From Octopus bimaculoides (lineage: Eukaryota): a DNA stretch of 64,000 nt. Below the pieces are notes generated by a model. That model had not been told where the DNA came from, searched no databases, and saw only the letters and a list, made by a program, of their open reading frames with translations. Position numbers and translations under genes: made by a program. The DNA is taken from the NCBI RefSeq assembly GCF_001194135.2, contig NC_068982.1:49406063-49470062 (forward strand), in the 5' to 3' direction. Positions 61,440 through 64,000 of this stretch are shown here, piece by piece (the first letter of the stretch is position 1; each line of letters starts with the position of its first letter).

Positions 61440-62420
61440 TCTTCAAAATCCATATCAACAGAAATTGTTTCAGCCATTTACTTTCGACAAGCTTGATATA
61501 GAAATGAATTAAATATGAAGCAAAAATTTCTTGGCCTTATGAATGCTATGTGCTAATTTCTGGCATAGAGTAAGAGCCATCAACTGAATATATTCATTCT
61601 GCACTAACTGCGATAAATATGATATTGTTCCAGGATGCTTTCGCACATTACTGAGATGTTCTTTCATGACAGAATCAAAGTTTTCCAATAATTTTCATAA
61701 CCTCAAAAATTTCCAAAGTAACTTTCCTCTCCTTGTCTATGGGATTTCTTGTGATCATGGAATGTAAGATTTTTAGTTGTTAAAGATTTTATGCAATGGA
61801 GAATTCTGTGGTAAGCATCTTGCTATTTTTGTTTTTCTTATACAGCATAAGCCAAATCATTCATGTGAATGATTTCTCTGTTCTCCAAAAGATATTTTTT
61901 CCATTCTCTTCCATTGGGTAAAGCCTATCGATATATTCCTTTTTCCTAATTTTTTTTTTTTTTTTGTTCTGCTTTCCCTTATCATGGAAGCTAAACCTTT
62001 CTGGTATTTTCTGATGATCGAATCAATTTTCTTGTTCAAGTGAAGTCTGATTGGCATTTTAGGAAAAGAAGCAAACAACAAAAGCTGAATTCTGCTTTCT
62101 TTAGAGAATAAACAAACCATGAGTGCCAAACTTTTTCTCCACATCTGTTTTCCAACGTTCTTTTAAATCATCTTTCATTCATTGATTGGTTTTGTGTGAG
62201 AAGAAAATGGCCCTTTACTATTTTGAGAATACTTCAAAACCAATGTAAACATTTCTGTCCACAGGGCATCTGATAAAATTACATTCTTGATAATTTATCA
62301 AATTCCAAGAAACCTACAACATGATGCTGAATTTGCAAATGGTTCTATGCCGATCTGTGTTTTCCTGCTTTTCAATATTCAAAGTTTTAGAAACTTCTGT
62401 CCCTTTGAAAGATATTTCTA
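61440..62420 (-). pseudogene. Fossil hAT transposase (ZMYM1/TTF-zinc-finger type)
   Basis: Minus strand pieces CGEKVWHSWFVYS...FCCLL, IGFTQWK, and RILHCIKSLTTKNLTFHDH...GNF, resembling GE...WLVYS...FCF.C and RII..IKFLA..NLAFRG...GNF; heavily interrupted. Confidence 0.5.
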
Positions 62421-62897
62421 GTTCTTAAAAACATCTAATTCTCCTTCTAATAAACTGGTGGGTTGGTCTAAATTCATATCTGATGTTCGGATGCTGAGGG
62501 AAAAATAAACTATGCAGCAAGGAATGACATCAGAAAATCACTTTCATCATTTTTATTTATTTATTTTTATTTTTGGCTTTTAGCTTCTACTTTTTGCATT
62601 CTTCATTTCTTCCTACTTACTGGCTGACATAGATACATCTTCAAAATTACTAATGTTCACTTAATGGTCCAAAAAAAAAAAAATCACAAACACACACACA
62701 TGAAATATGCACATATATTTACACACTCATGCATTAGAGGTGTTAAAATACTGAAGTATCCAATACTGGTAGCTGATACTGATGATTTTGCTGCACTAAT
62801 ATTCATAGTTAATATTACTATCAATAATTACAAAATCAGCTTTTACTTGAGTAACCAAAGTCACAAAAAATATACAAGAATATCAATAAGAATACCC

Positions 62898-63017
62898 ACA
62901 AGGTGTAGTGGTGTGGTTAAGAAATTTGCTTTCCACCTTCATGATTTCAGGTTCAATCCCATTGTATGGTACCATGGTCAAGTGTCTTCTATAATAGCAT
63001 TGAGCTGATCTAACCTC

Positions 63018-63101
<84 letters not shown>

Positions 63102-63110
63102 TTACATATA
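62898..63110 (+). mobile_element. SINE-A-like 5' half plus (TA)n(TG)n
   Basis: GGTGTAGTGGTGTGGTTAAGAAATTTGCTT...GGTTCAATCCC. Confidence 0.7.
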
Positions 63111-63139
63111 TATATTTATATACATGTATATATATATAT

Positions 63140-63525
63140 CTTCTGTTCTACTTCGACTTTCTTCCTCTTTTTCTCTTTTCCTTTTTGCCACCACCAATAA
63201 CAACTACACTGACATTCACACCCTCTGACAATGCCTGACCTCCACTCCTTCCTCCAACACTTTCAATCCCTTCTTTGTCATTTTCTTTCCTCCCCCCACC
63301 CTCCACCAATCAATGCTTGCAGCCCACAAAAAGACTCTCTCACTTGCTTTTTAAAAAAACTCGCCACTCTAGTCATCTGTCTTTTCTTAGTCGTTGCATC
63401 CACCATCACGCCAAATCCTCTTTCTTTTCTTTACTTTCCTGAGTGTCCAATTACACAGTACTTGTACCACGTCCTCATGTTGTCTTTTCTTGCTTGTTCT
63501 TGTTTGGATTGACGATATATATATA
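63140..63525 (+). mobile_element. Penelope-like 3' fragment, same family as 100-395
   Basis: CTTTCCTGAGTGTCC...GTACCACGTCCTCATGTTG matches 315-362; hammerhead core not recognisable in this copy. Confidence 0.5.
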
Positions 63526-63539
63526 TAAACAAATCACAA

Positions 63540-64000
63540 TCGCTGATGTGGCCAAATGACTGTACCACCTGATTGGCACTCATGCCAGTGGAATTTTAGA
63601 AGCACATCGGAACATGATCGTTGCCAGGGTCACAGATTGGCTCACATGCAAGTGACACTTAAAAAGCACCATTCGAGTGTGATCGTTGCCAGCGTCGCCT
63701 TACCAGCACATGTGCTGGTGGCATATGATAAACAACATTCAAGCATGGTCGTCGCCAGTGCCGCTGGACTGGCTCCCATGCAGGTAGCACGTAAAACCAT
63801 CTTTTGAACGTGGTCGTTGCCAGAACTGCCTGACTGGCCTCGTGTTGGTGGCACATAAAAGCACCCACTACACTCTCGGAGTGGTTGGCATTAGAAAGCT
63901 GTAGAAACATTGCTAGATCAGATTGAGCCTGGTGCAACCTCTGGCTCACTAGCCCTCAGTCAAACCGTCCAACCCATGCCAGCATAGAAAGCAGATGTTA
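63540..64000 (+). mobile_element. RTE 3' UTR with ~65-bp tandem repeats, running off the window end
   Basis: G(A/G)TCGT(T/C)GCCAG repeated four times; ends CCAACCCATGCCAGCATAGAAAGCAGATGTTA. Confidence 0.85.

Overview
AT-rich eukaryotic DNA with several assembly gaps (N runs, most beside or inside microsatellites). The tRNA-derived SINEs, RTE LINE tails ending in (GAT)n and the abundant (CA)/(TA)/(TAA) microsatellites look like an octopus genome; this is inference from pattern recognition and was not checked against a database. No host protein-coding gene can be identified with confidence, so the window reads as intergenic DNA or a very long intron, with two or three isolated splice-site-bounded exon candidates. 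It is a layered transposon landscape: (1) RTE-clade LINE fragments; (2) an RLE-type (R2-superfamily, R4/Dong/NeSL-like) LINE 3' end; (3) two divergent Penelope-like elements (RT + GIY-YIG) back to back, plus several Penelope terminal fragments; (4) two decayed mariner elements; (5) a FLYWCH-bearing Mutator-like element; (6) a hAT transposase fossil; (7) a Helitron helicase fragment and a non-autonomous Helitron; (8) TTAA-, TA- and 8-bp-TSD MITEs; (9) at least four SINE families, given provisional names A-D here. The most interesting signals are several hammerhead-ribozyme-like motifs in Penelope termini (best at 641-720 and 46054-46102), a Penelope copy with an inverted pseudo-LTR, SINE chains joined by (TAA)n, near-perfect 170-250 bp hairpin elements, a 26-bp variant minisatellite and a perfect p53-type site. 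No CRISPR, rRNA or intact tRNA gene is supported. Coordinates were read by eye; repeat boundaries are approximate (about +/-20 bp) unless terminal repeats or target-site duplications are quoted.
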